From: Candidatus Rifleibacteriota bacterium | GTDB taxonomy: Bacteria > Muiribacteriota > Ozemobacteria > Ozemobacterales > Ozemobacteraceae | Assembly (NCBI GenBank): GCA_051747585.1 | Contig: JBNJGH010000003.1 | Coordinates: forward strand, 1,980 to 65,979 | Direction of reading: 5' to 3' | Length of the DNA: 64,000 nt | Shown here: in pieces, positions 50,190 through 59,032 of the stretch | Layout: every line of letters starts with the position of its first letter | How positions within the stretch are numbered: the first letter of the stretch is position 1 | Notes under the pieces: generated by a model | The model's input: only the letters and a program-made list of their open reading frames with translations | Database searches by the model: none | Told to the model about the DNA's origin: nothing | Made by a program: the position numbers and the translations under genes

Positions 50190-51920
50190 TTACCAGTTTG
50201 TTATTTTAAAAGTATTAGACAGACTGACCTGTAAGTCTGAACTGGTTGAAGTATAGTCGATACTTATTCGTGAAACGTCGTCAACTGCCTCGCCAAAATA
50301 AATTTGATCGCTTAAAAGATTGCCAAAGTAAGCCCACTTCATTGAAGATTGCAAAGTTGGATCTATCGGGATCCAACCGCGACGGGGGAAAAACACTTCA
50401 CACCAGGCATGACCAATAGAGGTCTCTTGCCCCATTAATTCAGGTTTAACCAGAAAGCCGGTCACCATTCTGGCAGGTTTTTGTTTACGCAAACACAGCG
50501 CTGCCAGCATGCGGGAATATTCGGTACAATCACAGTTGTCAGGATTATTAAAGGCCCATTCAACCGAATAATCCTTAAAATTTTCTTTATATTTCAACCC
50601 ATCATTAACGGCAATAGTAGCTGTTTGCACATAATTGCCGCCTCTTCGCTCGATTCTGTCTGCCATAAGCGCAAGCAAAGAATTGTTAACTGCATACTTT
50701 TCGCTTAAATTATTGTAATCGATTGCAGGAACACTTATGCTTTGATCTGCCATATCGGTTGCAAGTAGTGGCCTGGTCTTGATTCTGTAGACAAGCTTGA
50801 GAGTGAAATCAGGCTTTATATATTCTTTTGGTACAGAGAGTCTCAAGTAGCCATTAGATTTTTTTTCAGTAATTCTAGCTCTGCTGTTTGATCCCCCCGA
50901 TAATATTTGAGCCTGCACAAGTTTAGCGCTCTGATGTGACTCAATATCGGGCACAGGCTTTACCAGAAAATCAAGCCTCTCAATATTTGAAGGCCGGGTT
51001 ACCCTGACCTTAATTTTTTCTTCGAGTCTGAAATCCTGGGGTTCAAGGGCAAATAAAATTCTTTCCAGACTTTCTTTATTCAAAAGGTTTGAAAATCTGC
51101 GCAAAACCTTTTTACATTCATTTGCCAGCCCATCAAGCTGCCCTGCATAAAACCTGGCTCTTATCCAGGCATCATGAGAGTAGCCTTTGTTATCAAGTGG
51201 CATTGCCGCTTCAAAAGCTCTTATCGCAGGGTTATAGTCTTGCCGCTCAAGGTAATGTAAACCAAGCATATAATGAGGGTAGGCATCATTTGTGCTGGTA
51301 AAAGCAGTATTTTTTAGAATATTAAAAGCGCTTTCTTTATAACCGGCATTTTCATAAGCGGTTGCAAGCGCCACAGCAAGCGATACGTTTTCCTGGTCTC
51401 TTTCGAGTGCATAGTTTAAGAATGCAATTGCATCTAATGGGCGTTCCATGTCGTTGAGCAAAATTAATCCAGCTATCTGAGCAGCTTGAGAATTTTCCGG
51501 ATCAAGAGCCATAACCTTTCTGGCAAGCTCAACGGCTAAAACGGCCTTGCCTTCTATTTTTCTTGCTGCCAACAATCTGTTGTTCCAGAAGCCCTTCTCT
51601 CCAGGCGCTAGTTTGCATGCCCGGGAAAAATAGGTTTCTGCAGCCTTATAATTTTTATTTCGCAACTCCTCTAGCCCCTGATTGTTGTATTCAACTGCCT
51701 GATTAAAGTCTGACACTTCAGCCTGCCGAAATTTCATATCCGGCAATTTAACCCTGAGAGTGCGATTAAAGCTCAAGAACTGTTTTTCTCTGGGAAAAAA
51801 GCGCTCAATAAGTTTCTGATCAAAAGCATGCAAAAACTGCGGCAATGCCAGGAAAAATAAAAAGAAAACTATTGCCTTTTTCATCTTATTAATATTATCA
51901 CCCGCATTGCGTGCAAACAA
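50190..51920 (-). CDS. Secreted TPR-repeat protein with a C-terminal transglutaminase-like cysteine protease domain
   Basis: Signal peptide and TPRs. C-terminal DNCDCTEYSRMLAALCL ... GHAWCEVFF ... IPIDPT, giving the Cys-His-Asp transglutaminase-core arrangement. Confidence 0.65.
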   Translation of the reverse strand: MFARNAGDNINKMKKAIVFFLFFLALPQFLHAFDQKLIERFFPREKQFLSFNRTLRVKLPDMKFRQAEVSDFNQAVEYNNQGLEELRNKNYKAAETYFSRACKLAPGEKGFWNNRLLAARKIEGKAVLAVELARKVMALDPENSQAAQIAGLILLNDMERPLDAIAFLNYALERDQENVSLAVALATAYENAGYKESAFNILKNTAFTSTNDAYPHYMLGLHYLERQDYNPAIRAFEAAMPLDNKGYSHDAWIRARFYAGQLDGLANECKKVLRRFSNLLNKESLERILFALEPQDFRLEEKIKVRVTRPSNIERLDFLVKPVPDIESHQSAKLVQAQILSGGSNSRARITEKKSNGYLRLSVPKEYIKPDFTLKLVYRIKTRPLLATDMADQSISVPAIDYNNLSEKYAVNNSLLALMADRIERRGGNYVQTATIAVNDGLKYKENFKDYSVEWAFNNPDNCDCTEYSRMLAALCLRKQKPARMVTGFLVKPELMGQETSIGHAWCEVFFPRRGWIPIDPTLQSSMKWAYFGNLLSDQIYFGEAVDDVSRISIDYTSTSSDLQVSLSNTFKITNW

Positions 51921-51968
51921 CCAATTTTAGATCAGTAATTCCCGGCCAAAGAAAAATCGACTGCTTTT

Positions 51969-52515
51969 AAGAATGAAAATGCATCACACTAAGCCTCAGA
52001 GCCACGGCGTTCACAAAGAAGAAATAAAATAAAAAAAGTGCATCTCGCAAAGATCGCCAGGTTCGCTAAGTCCGCAACGAAGAAATATTTCAACAAGCTT
52101 CAGACTTTTTCATTACAAATTCTTAGTATATTTTTAACCACAGAGCCCGCAGAGCTGCACAGAGAATCTTTTCAGCCATTGTTCCGTTTGTCAACAAGGG
52201 TTCAGAAAAACACTGGTGTTTTTCTGAACCCTTGCTGACAAACGGAAAGCCGGACGGTGAAACCGCCGGCTGATTGTCCCATGGACAATCAAGGGCAGAA
52301 AAAGAAAAAAACAACTCGGTGACCTCAGTGATCTCTGTGGTTTAAATTCTTTGCGCTCTTTGCGGCTTGGCGAGATGTTTTTTTCAGGATTCGACAACGA
52401 TGACGGGCAGGATGCCCTAATGCTGGGGCACCTGAGGATGCAGTGCGCCCCAATGCAACGATTACGATAACCGCTTCGCTGAGCACGAGCACGATTTTTC
52501 TTTTGTGTGAGGCAA
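51969..52515. repeat. Extended copy (R5) of the modular repeat, about 550 bp, in reverse orientation relative to R3 and R4
   Basis: Same end modules as R3/R4 plus an extra conserved insert of about 120 bp. Core at 52167-52304, with H3 at 52182-52247 (stem ttccgtttgtcaacaagggttcag). The tail shares the gacgggcaggatgccctaatgctggggcac and cgattacgataaccgcttcgctgagcacgagcacga modules with R7 and R1. Confidence 0.8.
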
Positions 52516-53523
52516 TTATTTTTTGCGGGTTTTTTTGGTTTTTCGCTTTGCTTTATATTTGCCGGTTGGTTCTGAGACTTTGTTCTTTTCTGCCAGCTGT
52601 TCGATTTGTTTAATAGAAAGCTCGGTAATTTCACTTATTTCTTCAAAAGACTTGCCCCTGGCAATCATTTTAAGAGCAATTTTCTCGCATCTTAATTGAT
52701 CACCCTTTTCTATACCTTCTTCAAGGCCTTCTTTGCGGCCTTCTTTGCGGCCTTCTTTGCGGCCTTCTTCAAGGCCCTCGAATTTGCCGACACCATAAGT
52801 TGAGTCAACCATGCTGGCCTGGTAACTGAGATCGGCAAGGTAAGCTTCGTATTCCTGGCGCTCTTTATCGCTCATTTTTAAAATGTCGAGCTTTTTTTGC
52901 GCCTTTTTTAAGCCCTTAGCCTTGAAATTGTCTTTGATTTTTCCGTTTTTGAGAAAATATATCCATTCATCGAGGGTATTTTTTGCCACATCGTCAAAGT
53001 TTTTGACCTTGATTACATACATTTCAGGAAAAAGCTGTGAAGGATGGTCTTTTTTGAGGCATTTTCGCTGCAGCGGACTCAGGGTAAGCTCTTCGTTTTT
53101 ATGAACGCCCTTAAAAGTGGTAGTGCCATGATAGATATAATCGCTACCCTTGCCGAGATCGAAATAAACTATGGCTACAGAAATAACCTTAACTATTTCA
53201 GAGTATTTCTGACCCTCTTTAAAGTGCTCGGTTATGGCTTTGGCAACCCCGAACAAAACCCGCTGCAAAAAGTCTATTTCCCTTTGATATTGAACCTCAA
53301 TTAAAATTATTTCGCCTTTGTGGGTTTTGCATTTTAAATCGAGCCGGCTGAATTTATCATGTGATGTTTCTTTGTTGCTTTCGCTTTCAAGAATCTCGAC
53401 AATGGTGATTTTATTGCCAAGCAACTCAGTCAGAAAACCTTCTAAAATATCAAAATTGGCTTTACTGCGTAAAAGCCGTTTCATCGCCCAGTCAAAACTG
53501 ACAAGTTTTCGAGTTGAAGCCAT
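52516..53523 (-). CDS. Rpn-family recombination-promoting nuclease / putative transposase (PD-(D/E)XK, Transposase_31 / YhgA-like)
   Basis: N-terminal FDWAMKRLL ... LIEVQYQ PD-(D/E)XK core. The C-terminal short-period repeat EGRKEGRKEGRKEGLEEGIEKG is characteristic of Rpn proteins. Confidence 0.8.
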   Translation of the reverse strand: MASTRKLVSFDWAMKRLLRSKANFDILEGFLTELLGNKITIVEILESESNKETSHDKFSRLDLKCKTHKGEIILIEVQYQREIDFLQRVLFGVAKAITEHFKEGQKYSEIVKVISVAIVYFDLGKGSDYIYHGTTTFKGVHKNEELTLSPLQRKCLKKDHPSQLFPEMYVIKVKNFDDVAKNTLDEWIYFLKNGKIKDNFKAKGLKKAQKKLDILKMSDKERQEYEAYLADLSYQASMVDSTYGVGKFEGLEEGRKEGRKEGRKEGLEEGIEKGDQLRCEKIALKMIARGKSFEEISEITELSIKQIEQLAEKNKVSEPTGKYKAKRKTKKTRKK

Positions 53524-53640
53524 TGTTTACCTCTGAATGCAGTGTTCTTGACTCTAATTTTACGCTGATGCAATTTAAATAGCAAATTTACCTTAAATTC
53601 CCAGCAACATGCGTGTTAACTGCTATCAGCTGCTCTCAAG

Positions 53641-54210
53641 AAAGAATATGCATCACGCTAAGCCTCAGAGCCACGAGGTTCACAAAGAAGAAATCAAATA
53701 AAAAAAGTGCATCTCGCAAAGATCGCCAGGTTCGCTAAGTCCGCAATAAAGAAATGTTTCAACAAGCTTCGGATTTTTTCATTTCAAATTCATAGTAGAT
53801 TATAAACCACAGAGTCCTCAAAGGTGCACAGAGGATCTTTTTCAGCCTTGGATTGTCCTTTGGACAATCAGCCGGCGGTTTCACCGTCCGGCTTTCCCTT
53901 CATTAATAACAGGGTAGAAAAGCACCAGTGTTTTTCTACCCTGTTATTAATGAAGGGAACAATGGCTGAAAAAGATTAAGAAATCAGCTCTGTGATCTCG
54001 GTGATCTCTGTGGTTTAAATTCTTAGCGCTCTTTGCGGCTTGGCGAGATGTTTTTTTTCAGGATTCGACAACGATGACGGGCAGGATGCCCTAATGCTGG
54101 GGCGCCTGAGGATGCACTATGCCCCACGATTACGATGACGATTACCGCTTCGCTGAGCACGAGCACGAGCACGAGTTTTCTTTTTGCCTTAGCGGCTTTG
54201 GGTGAGGCAA
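53641..54210. repeat. Extended copy (R6) of the modular repeat; a direct repeat of R5 on the other side of the Rpn gene
   Basis: About 95% identical to R5 outside the core. Core at 53837-53974, with H1 at 53851-53869, H2 at 53870-53893 and H3 at 53896-53957. Its stem (cccttcattaataacagggtag) is unrelated to R5's, and its loop is inverted relative to R3. Confidence 0.8.
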
Positions 54211-54214
54211 TTAA

Positions 54215-56605
54215 TTAAAGTTCTACTTCGAGTCTTTCGAGGAGAATTGCGAATTCTTCTTTGCCAGGCTTGGAGAAATACATTCTGCGATTTGCATATT
54301 TAAAGTATGGAAAAAGGCCGAAAGCCTCGGTTCCATCTCGTGATAATACTACCAGCTCAGACTCAGGCAATTCTATGCCTGGTCTTTTATCAGGTTTCAG
54401 GGCAACGGCAAGAGGCCCGGTCAGATCTGCAAAAGGCACTTTGGTACCTTTAGGCGTCTTCATAACTATTGAATTGTTTAAAATTGATTTAGTACCCCGC
54501 AAAATTTCAGCAAGCCCTTCAACTGCCTGGGGAATAGTTTCGTTCAAAGGCTCGATAGGCTGCTTCAAATACTCGCGTAGTTCGCGCAACATCATTAAAG
54601 GGTTAGTATCAGATGAGTCGGAAAGAATTTTGGACAAAGAAAAGGTAAAAAATACCGGGTTTTCTTTTGACTGCTTCATTGCCAAAGCAAAATTATGCAG
54701 ACAACGTAAAGCGGTTGGCCCGATCAAATGACCTTTAAGACAGTCTTTAACGCTTTTTTCAAGCATTGCTGAGGGCGGAGCAAAAAACATACAAGATTGC
54801 AAAAAACACAAATTAAGATAGGCAATCAGATTATCGCTGACTTTGTTTATAACGTTTAGCAGTTGCTCTTCCGATGCAGGTTTAAAAAGCACCGAGAAAG
54901 GCGTTGAAATAAAAGAAGGAAATCTCGAGATAATAGTTTGAGCCGCAGGAATTGGTTGGATTTTGATTAAATTTTTGCTTTCTCTGGCGGGTCGCTCTTT
55001 TGACTTTGTCTTTTTTTCAGGAGCATCTGTTGGTAATTTTTTGGGCGGCGGTTTGATAGTAGTCGCTTCTTTTTGCTCTTCTTTTTTTTCAACTTCCGCC
55101 TCAGCCTTTTCAGATACTGATTCTTTTATATCGCCCTTTTGATCTTCTAAAGAAGCGTTCTTTACTTCTTTTTCACTGGCTTCTTCTGTTTTTTGGTTTT
55201 CGTCTGTTTTTTGGACTTCAGCAGCTTCTTGCAGAGCTAATTCATTCTGAATTTCAATTTCTTCTGTGCCACTATCATCTATCTGTTGACTGATTTCTTC
55301 AAAATCTACATTCTCTATTTCAACGCTTTCAATCTGGGAACTTTCGTGCTTTTTAGAAGATTGTTCCTCTGCTTCAGATTGAGCGAGTGAATCATCATCA
55401 GCCTTATTCGCAACAACCGAGTCATCTTCTAGTTTTTTCTCATCGTTTTCTTTTTGTGGTTCTGCCTCTATAATCTCTGCGTTATCATCTATTTCGCTGA
55501 TTGCACTCTGCTCTTTTTCAAATTCAAGATTTTCCTTCAGGGCGTCATCTTTTTCTATAACCAACTCTTCGGTATCTTTCTCGTCTGTCTTATCCTCTGC
55601 TTCATCAGAAAATGTCTCTACCGAATTAGCAAAATCTTGTATTTCTTCGGGGCTGGTCTGAGCAAGTTCTGCTTCAATTTTTTCATTTTCTGCTCGTTTC
55701 TTTTCTTCTTCTTCCATGCGCTTTCGTCTTTTTTCTTCCATTTCCTGTTTGAACGAGACGAACTCCCCGTCTTTTTTTTCGTCAGCCTGGGCCTGGGCCT
55801 TATCTTTAGAGGCATCTGCTTTGCTCTCTATCTTATTTTTTTGAAGTCTTTCTCGCTTTCGCTTACTTACAAAAGGAATGGAATCAAGTTCCTTTAAGGC
55901 TTCTCTTGCTTTTTTTGCAACCAGAGGATGGTTATGATACTGAACCTTGGCAATAACTTTTCTAAGATCATTATTTATTAACAATGGAAGAAAAGGGGCA
56001 ACATTCTGCAAAACCCATTCATCCGGAGAACCCAAAGCATAATCCAGAATAATTTTCATCTGTTCCGAAGGCAGAGCTTTAATTACTTTAAAAGCAGTTT
56101 CAGAAACAAGCTTATCCGCATCAGTTACCAGGTTCAGCACCTGAGCAAAATGGGTAGGTCTGCCACTGTTAACTGCTACCTGGCATGCCATCGCTCTAAC
56201 TTCCGGGTCAATGTGGTTTAGGCAGGCATCCATAAAGTCGTGTGCTTTTGTTGGTATTGTTTCTCCCATTGCGCCCATGGTTGCTATCAACATCTGACTA
56301 CTGCCATGGGTTGCCAGGTATTCCCACATTTTCTGATTCATTTCTGTGGTTCCGGACTTTCGCTGTAAATGCTCGAGGATCTGGCGTTCTAAAGACGGGT
56401 CTCGCGGAAAAGCTTCAAGAGTAAGACAGGTCTGGGCAATCAATATGGCGATTTCTTCGTTCTTTTCGTATATCGCGGCTTCTTTGAGGTCGGGAATTAG
56501 ATTGTGCCGACGATCAAACAAAATTCGATACACGGCTTCTTTTCTAACATCGGGTTCGGTGCTGTAAAGCCGTGAAATTATTTCTTTTTCCCTGAGATTT
56601 CGCAT
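54215..56605 (-). CDS. HEAT-repeat protein with a roughly 300-aa hyper-acidic E/K/D-rich disordered linker and a C-terminal domain of unknown function
   Basis: N-terminal PBS-lyase/HEAT-like repeats (DPEVRAMACQVAV...). The central segment is low-complexity EEKKR / EEAEDK. The C-terminal ~250 aa have no recognisable motif. Confidence 0.5.
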   Translation of the reverse strand: MRNLREKEIISRLYSTEPDVRKEAVYRILFDRRHNLIPDLKEAAIYEKNEEIAILIAQTCLTLEAFPRDPSLERQILEHLQRKSGTTEMNQKMWEYLATHGSSQMLIATMGAMGETIPTKAHDFMDACLNHIDPEVRAMACQVAVNSGRPTHFAQVLNLVTDADKLVSETAFKVIKALPSEQMKIILDYALGSPDEWVLQNVAPFLPLLINNDLRKVIAKVQYHNHPLVAKKAREALKELDSIPFVSKRKRERLQKNKIESKADASKDKAQAQADEKKDGEFVSFKQEMEEKRRKRMEEEEKKRAENEKIEAELAQTSPEEIQDFANSVETFSDEAEDKTDEKDTEELVIEKDDALKENLEFEKEQSAISEIDDNAEIIEAEPQKENDEKKLEDDSVVANKADDDSLAQSEAEEQSSKKHESSQIESVEIENVDFEEISQQIDDSGTEEIEIQNELALQEAAEVQKTDENQKTEEASEKEVKNASLEDQKGDIKESVSEKAEAEVEKKEEQKEATTIKPPPKKLPTDAPEKKTKSKERPARESKNLIKIQPIPAAQTIISRFPSFISTPFSVLFKPASEEQLLNVINKVSDNLIAYLNLCFLQSCMFFAPPSAMLEKSVKDCLKGHLIGPTALRCLHNFALAMKQSKENPVFFTFSLSKILSDSSDTNPLMMLRELREYLKQPIEPLNETIPQAVEGLAEILRGTKSILNNSIVMKTPKGTKVPFADLTGPLAVALKPDKRPGIELPESELVVLSRDGTEAFGLFPYFKYANRRMYFSKPGKEEFAILLERLEVEL

Positions 56606-56794
56606 AGTTTTTTATGATTCAATTTTATCTTTATTTGCCGGCTGAAACAACAGGTAAAATCATCGCGATTATCATAAGTTAAGAGATTGCTTCGTCGGCT
56701 TCGGCCAGATCAGCCGATCTGACCTACTCTCCTCGCAATGACATATTGCGCGGTCCCTGAGCGAAGTCGAAGGGACCAGGTAACTGTTCTTTGG

Positions 56795-56870
56795 TGGTTT
56801 TGACGGGCAGGATGCCCTAATACTGGGGCACATGAGGATACAAAGTGCCCCAGTGCGACTAACGCTCAAC
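56795..56870. repeat. Partial copy (R7) of the gacgggcaggatgccctaat...ctggggcac...gtgccccag module
   Basis: Matches R5 at 52390-52460 and R6 at 54070-54130. Confidence 0.5.
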
Positions 56871-56876
56871 CACCAA

Positions 56877-56913
56877 ATAAAAAAGCGGCTCGTCTCGAGC
56901 CGCTTTTTTTTTT
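56877..56913. terminator. Bidirectional rho-independent terminator
   Basis: A-run, then the stem gcggctcg / cgagccgc with loop tct, then a 10-T run. It lies just downstream of the minus-strand FmdB gene. Confidence 0.7.
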
Positions 56914-56923
56914 AATTTTTATA

Positions 56924-57274
56924 TTATAAAAAGGCTGCGGACGGAACCGTTGTATCGCTTTTAGTTGAAGTAGATGTGTCGCTTTTTGATTCAGATGAAG
57001 GTTTAGCCTCTTTTTTCTCTCCGCTTTTTTCCTTGCCTTTGTCATCTTTTGATTTTGCAGACTCGTTATCTCTCTTTTTCGCTTCAAGATAACCGGAGTC
57101 GCGATAATCAGTCGAATAAAAACCAGACCCTTTAAAAATAACCGAGCTGGCTGACATCAGCTTCTGACCGACCCCGTTACAATCCGGGCAATGCTGTGGA
57201 TCTTTACAGGACATTGAATGAAAGGCATCAAATACTTTATTGCATTTTTTACATTTATAACTATAGGTAGGCAT
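56924..57274 (-). CDS. FmdB-family zinc-ribbon protein with a Ser/Lys-rich tail
   Basis: MPTYSYKCKKCNKVFD ... CPDCNG CxxC-x17-CxxC zinc ribbon at the N-terminus. Confidence 0.65.
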   Translation of the reverse strand: MPTYSYKCKKCNKVFDAFHSMSCKDPQHCPDCNGVGQKLMSASSVIFKGSGFYSTDYRDSGYLEAKKRDNESAKSKDDKGKEKSGEKKEAKPSSESKSDTSTSTKSDTTVPSAAFL

Positions 57275-57339
57275 TTACCTTTCCTCCTGAATTAGAAAGC
57301 AGAGTTTAGCACTCTTATTATCAGAGTGCTAACAATCTA

Positions 57340-59007
57340 TCATAACCCGGCAGCCTGTTCAAGAAAAATATCGCAATCTTTTAACAGTTGCTGGCTTTCA
57401 TTGCCGGTATAAACGAAACAAACCAGCTGATTCAATCTATTAAATTCCTTTTTGTATTTATCATCTGACATATCGATTTTTTTTAAACGTTTTGCAGATG
57501 TTTCGATTTGCATTTTTGTTTTTTCATCAGGTATTGGCAAGGGAATTGACCTGATTTGTGAGACCGTTATATGAAAACTGTGATAATTGCCGCTAAACCA
57601 TGCATTAACCAAAAGACTGTTTAAGACAGCTTCCAAATACAATAACGAAATTCTTTTATTTTCTGACAAAATAAATGATAAAGAATTTTTGGGGTAAAAA
57701 CCTTTTTCATCAAGTGCGGCCACAATACGTATTTTTAATTTTTCATTACGAATATTCTGGTATAACAGCTTATTCCCCGCAAAAATTTCGGGTTTACCTG
57801 CATAGGCAAGATGTTTACCATAATCTATATATTTGCCATTCCAGTTAATTTTAAATGGAGTTATCTCTTTTCCTTTTAAAACCGGACGAAAATTATCGGC
57901 CAATTTCTGGTCATAAACAAACTTTGAAACCGTTCCCTTTCTTTTCTGGGCTTCTTGGATGCCGACCCCGACCTTGCAAAGGCTTCCTAAAGTTGGAAAT
58001 TTTTGCTCCCAAAAAGCAAAGATTTCTTTTAATGCCGCGGGCACTATGCTTTGTCTGAGCCCCTTGCCTTCGACAAGCTCAGCTAACTCAGCCCGGTGGC
58101 AATTTTTCCAAACTCCATCGCTTTTGTAATCACTATGAATTTTAACAATACCGGCTTTTTGGGCAGGTTGTTTTACCAGGTGAGTAACAACGGGCAACAC
58201 GCCCGGAGCTTTGGGAAAAAATCTGCCGGGTAATAAAAAAATATTTTTTACCCGGTTGGCGAAAACATGTTTGCGAATTGCCTTGCATTGATGGTTTACC
58301 AAATAAGTATGAGACGTCAAAAATAGCAGATTTCCCTGTTTTTTTAACATTTCAATTGATTTTTCAATAAAAAATGTATAAAGATCTTTTTCGCCCTCTG
58401 TCGTTTTGTAGGTTTTGAGCAGATAGTTTTTAAGCTGCTGGGAAAGATTTACTTTGTAGGGAGGATTCCCAAGAATTAAAGAAAATTTTGTTTTAATTGA
58501 AGTAGTAAGAAAATTTTCACATCGCAAGACAGGCCACCCGGCTTTTGGAAAAGAAGAAAGCAATCGGCCAAGGCATACAAGTAAAGCCTGATTATCTATG
58601 TCATAACCAAAAAGTCTATTTAAAAATTTTGTTTTATCGTTGTTGGACTTCAGTCTATTTGCAACTGCGAGCAAAAAACTACCATCACCGCAAGCTGGGT
58701 CCAGCATTTTGCCTTTTAAATCAGGCTCAATTTTATTGAGTATTTGCTCGGCAAAAACATCGGGCGTGTAATACTGACCTGAATTTCTTTTCAGCGTCTT
58801 AACCCGGCTTTCTAAATCGGGAATATCATGTCCTTTGCTCAATTTAAGACTGAAGCTGCTATCTTGCAGATCTTTCGCCCAGGCTAAAATATATTCGGGC
58901 GCAGCTAATTCAAGCAGAATTTCATAAGGAGTTTCAGGAAAAGCAGCAGAAAACCGCTTTTCGATGGTATTTTTGAACCATGCAAATAAACTGGCTTTCT
59001 GCTGCAA
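57340..59007 (-). CDS. Solitary gamma-class N6-adenine DNA methyltransferase (Eco57I/TaqI-like) with a C-terminal target-recognition domain
   Basis: Motif X GQYYTPDVFAEQIL; motif I LDPACGDGSFLL; motif IV GNPPY. No adjacent endonuclease gene. Confidence 0.75.
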   Translation of the reverse strand: MQQKASLFAWFKNTIEKRFSAAFPETPYEILLELAAPEYILAWAKDLQDSSFSLKLSKGHDIPDLESRVKTLKRNSGQYYTPDVFAEQILNKIEPDLKGKMLDPACGDGSFLLAVANRLKSNNDKTKFLNRLFGYDIDNQALLVCLGRLLSSFPKAGWPVLRCENFLTTSIKTKFSLILGNPPYKVNLSQQLKNYLLKTYKTTEGEKDLYTFFIEKSIEMLKKQGNLLFLTSHTYLVNHQCKAIRKHVFANRVKNIFLLPGRFFPKAPGVLPVVTHLVKQPAQKAGIVKIHSDYKSDGVWKNCHRAELAELVEGKGLRQSIVPAALKEIFAFWEQKFPTLGSLCKVGVGIQEAQKRKGTVSKFVYDQKLADNFRPVLKGKEITPFKINWNGKYIDYGKHLAYAGKPEIFAGNKLLYQNIRNEKLKIRIVAALDEKGFYPKNSLSFILSENKRISLLYLEAVLNSLLVNAWFSGNYHSFHITVSQIRSIPLPIPDEKTKMQIETSAKRLKKIDMSDDKYKKEFNRLNQLVCFVYTGNESQQLLKDCDIFLEQAAGL

Positions 59008-59032
59008 TTAATAGCTCCGAATTAAGCGAACT

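Larger units (their letters stand above)
51969..54210 (-). mobile_element. Candidate composite cassette: direct repeats R5 and R6 flanking the Rpn nuclease gene
   Basis: Two near-identical repeats of about 550 bp, in the same orientation, bracket a single PD-(D/E)XK putative-transposase gene. No target-site duplication could be verified by eye. Confidence 0.4.

Noticed and set aside
52191-52634. ORF 52191-52634 (147 aa) and ORF 56672-56869 (65 aa) sharing the peptide CPSIRASCPS
   Set aside because: Both lie inside copies of the repeat module gacgggcaggatgccctaat..ctggggcac. The shared peptide is a by-product of repeated DNA, not evidence of a conserved protein.
36362-54210. CRISPR array
   Set aside because: The repeats are hundreds of bp apart to kilobases apart. 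They are not regularly spaced 25-40 bp direct repeats with unique spacers, and there are no cas genes.
51969-54210. RAYT (IS200-like TnpA-REP) transposase as mobiliser of the palindromic repeats
   Set aside because: No HUH/Y1-transposase-like ORF exists in the window. The only nuclease-like gene near the repeats is the Rpn PD-(D/E)XK protein.
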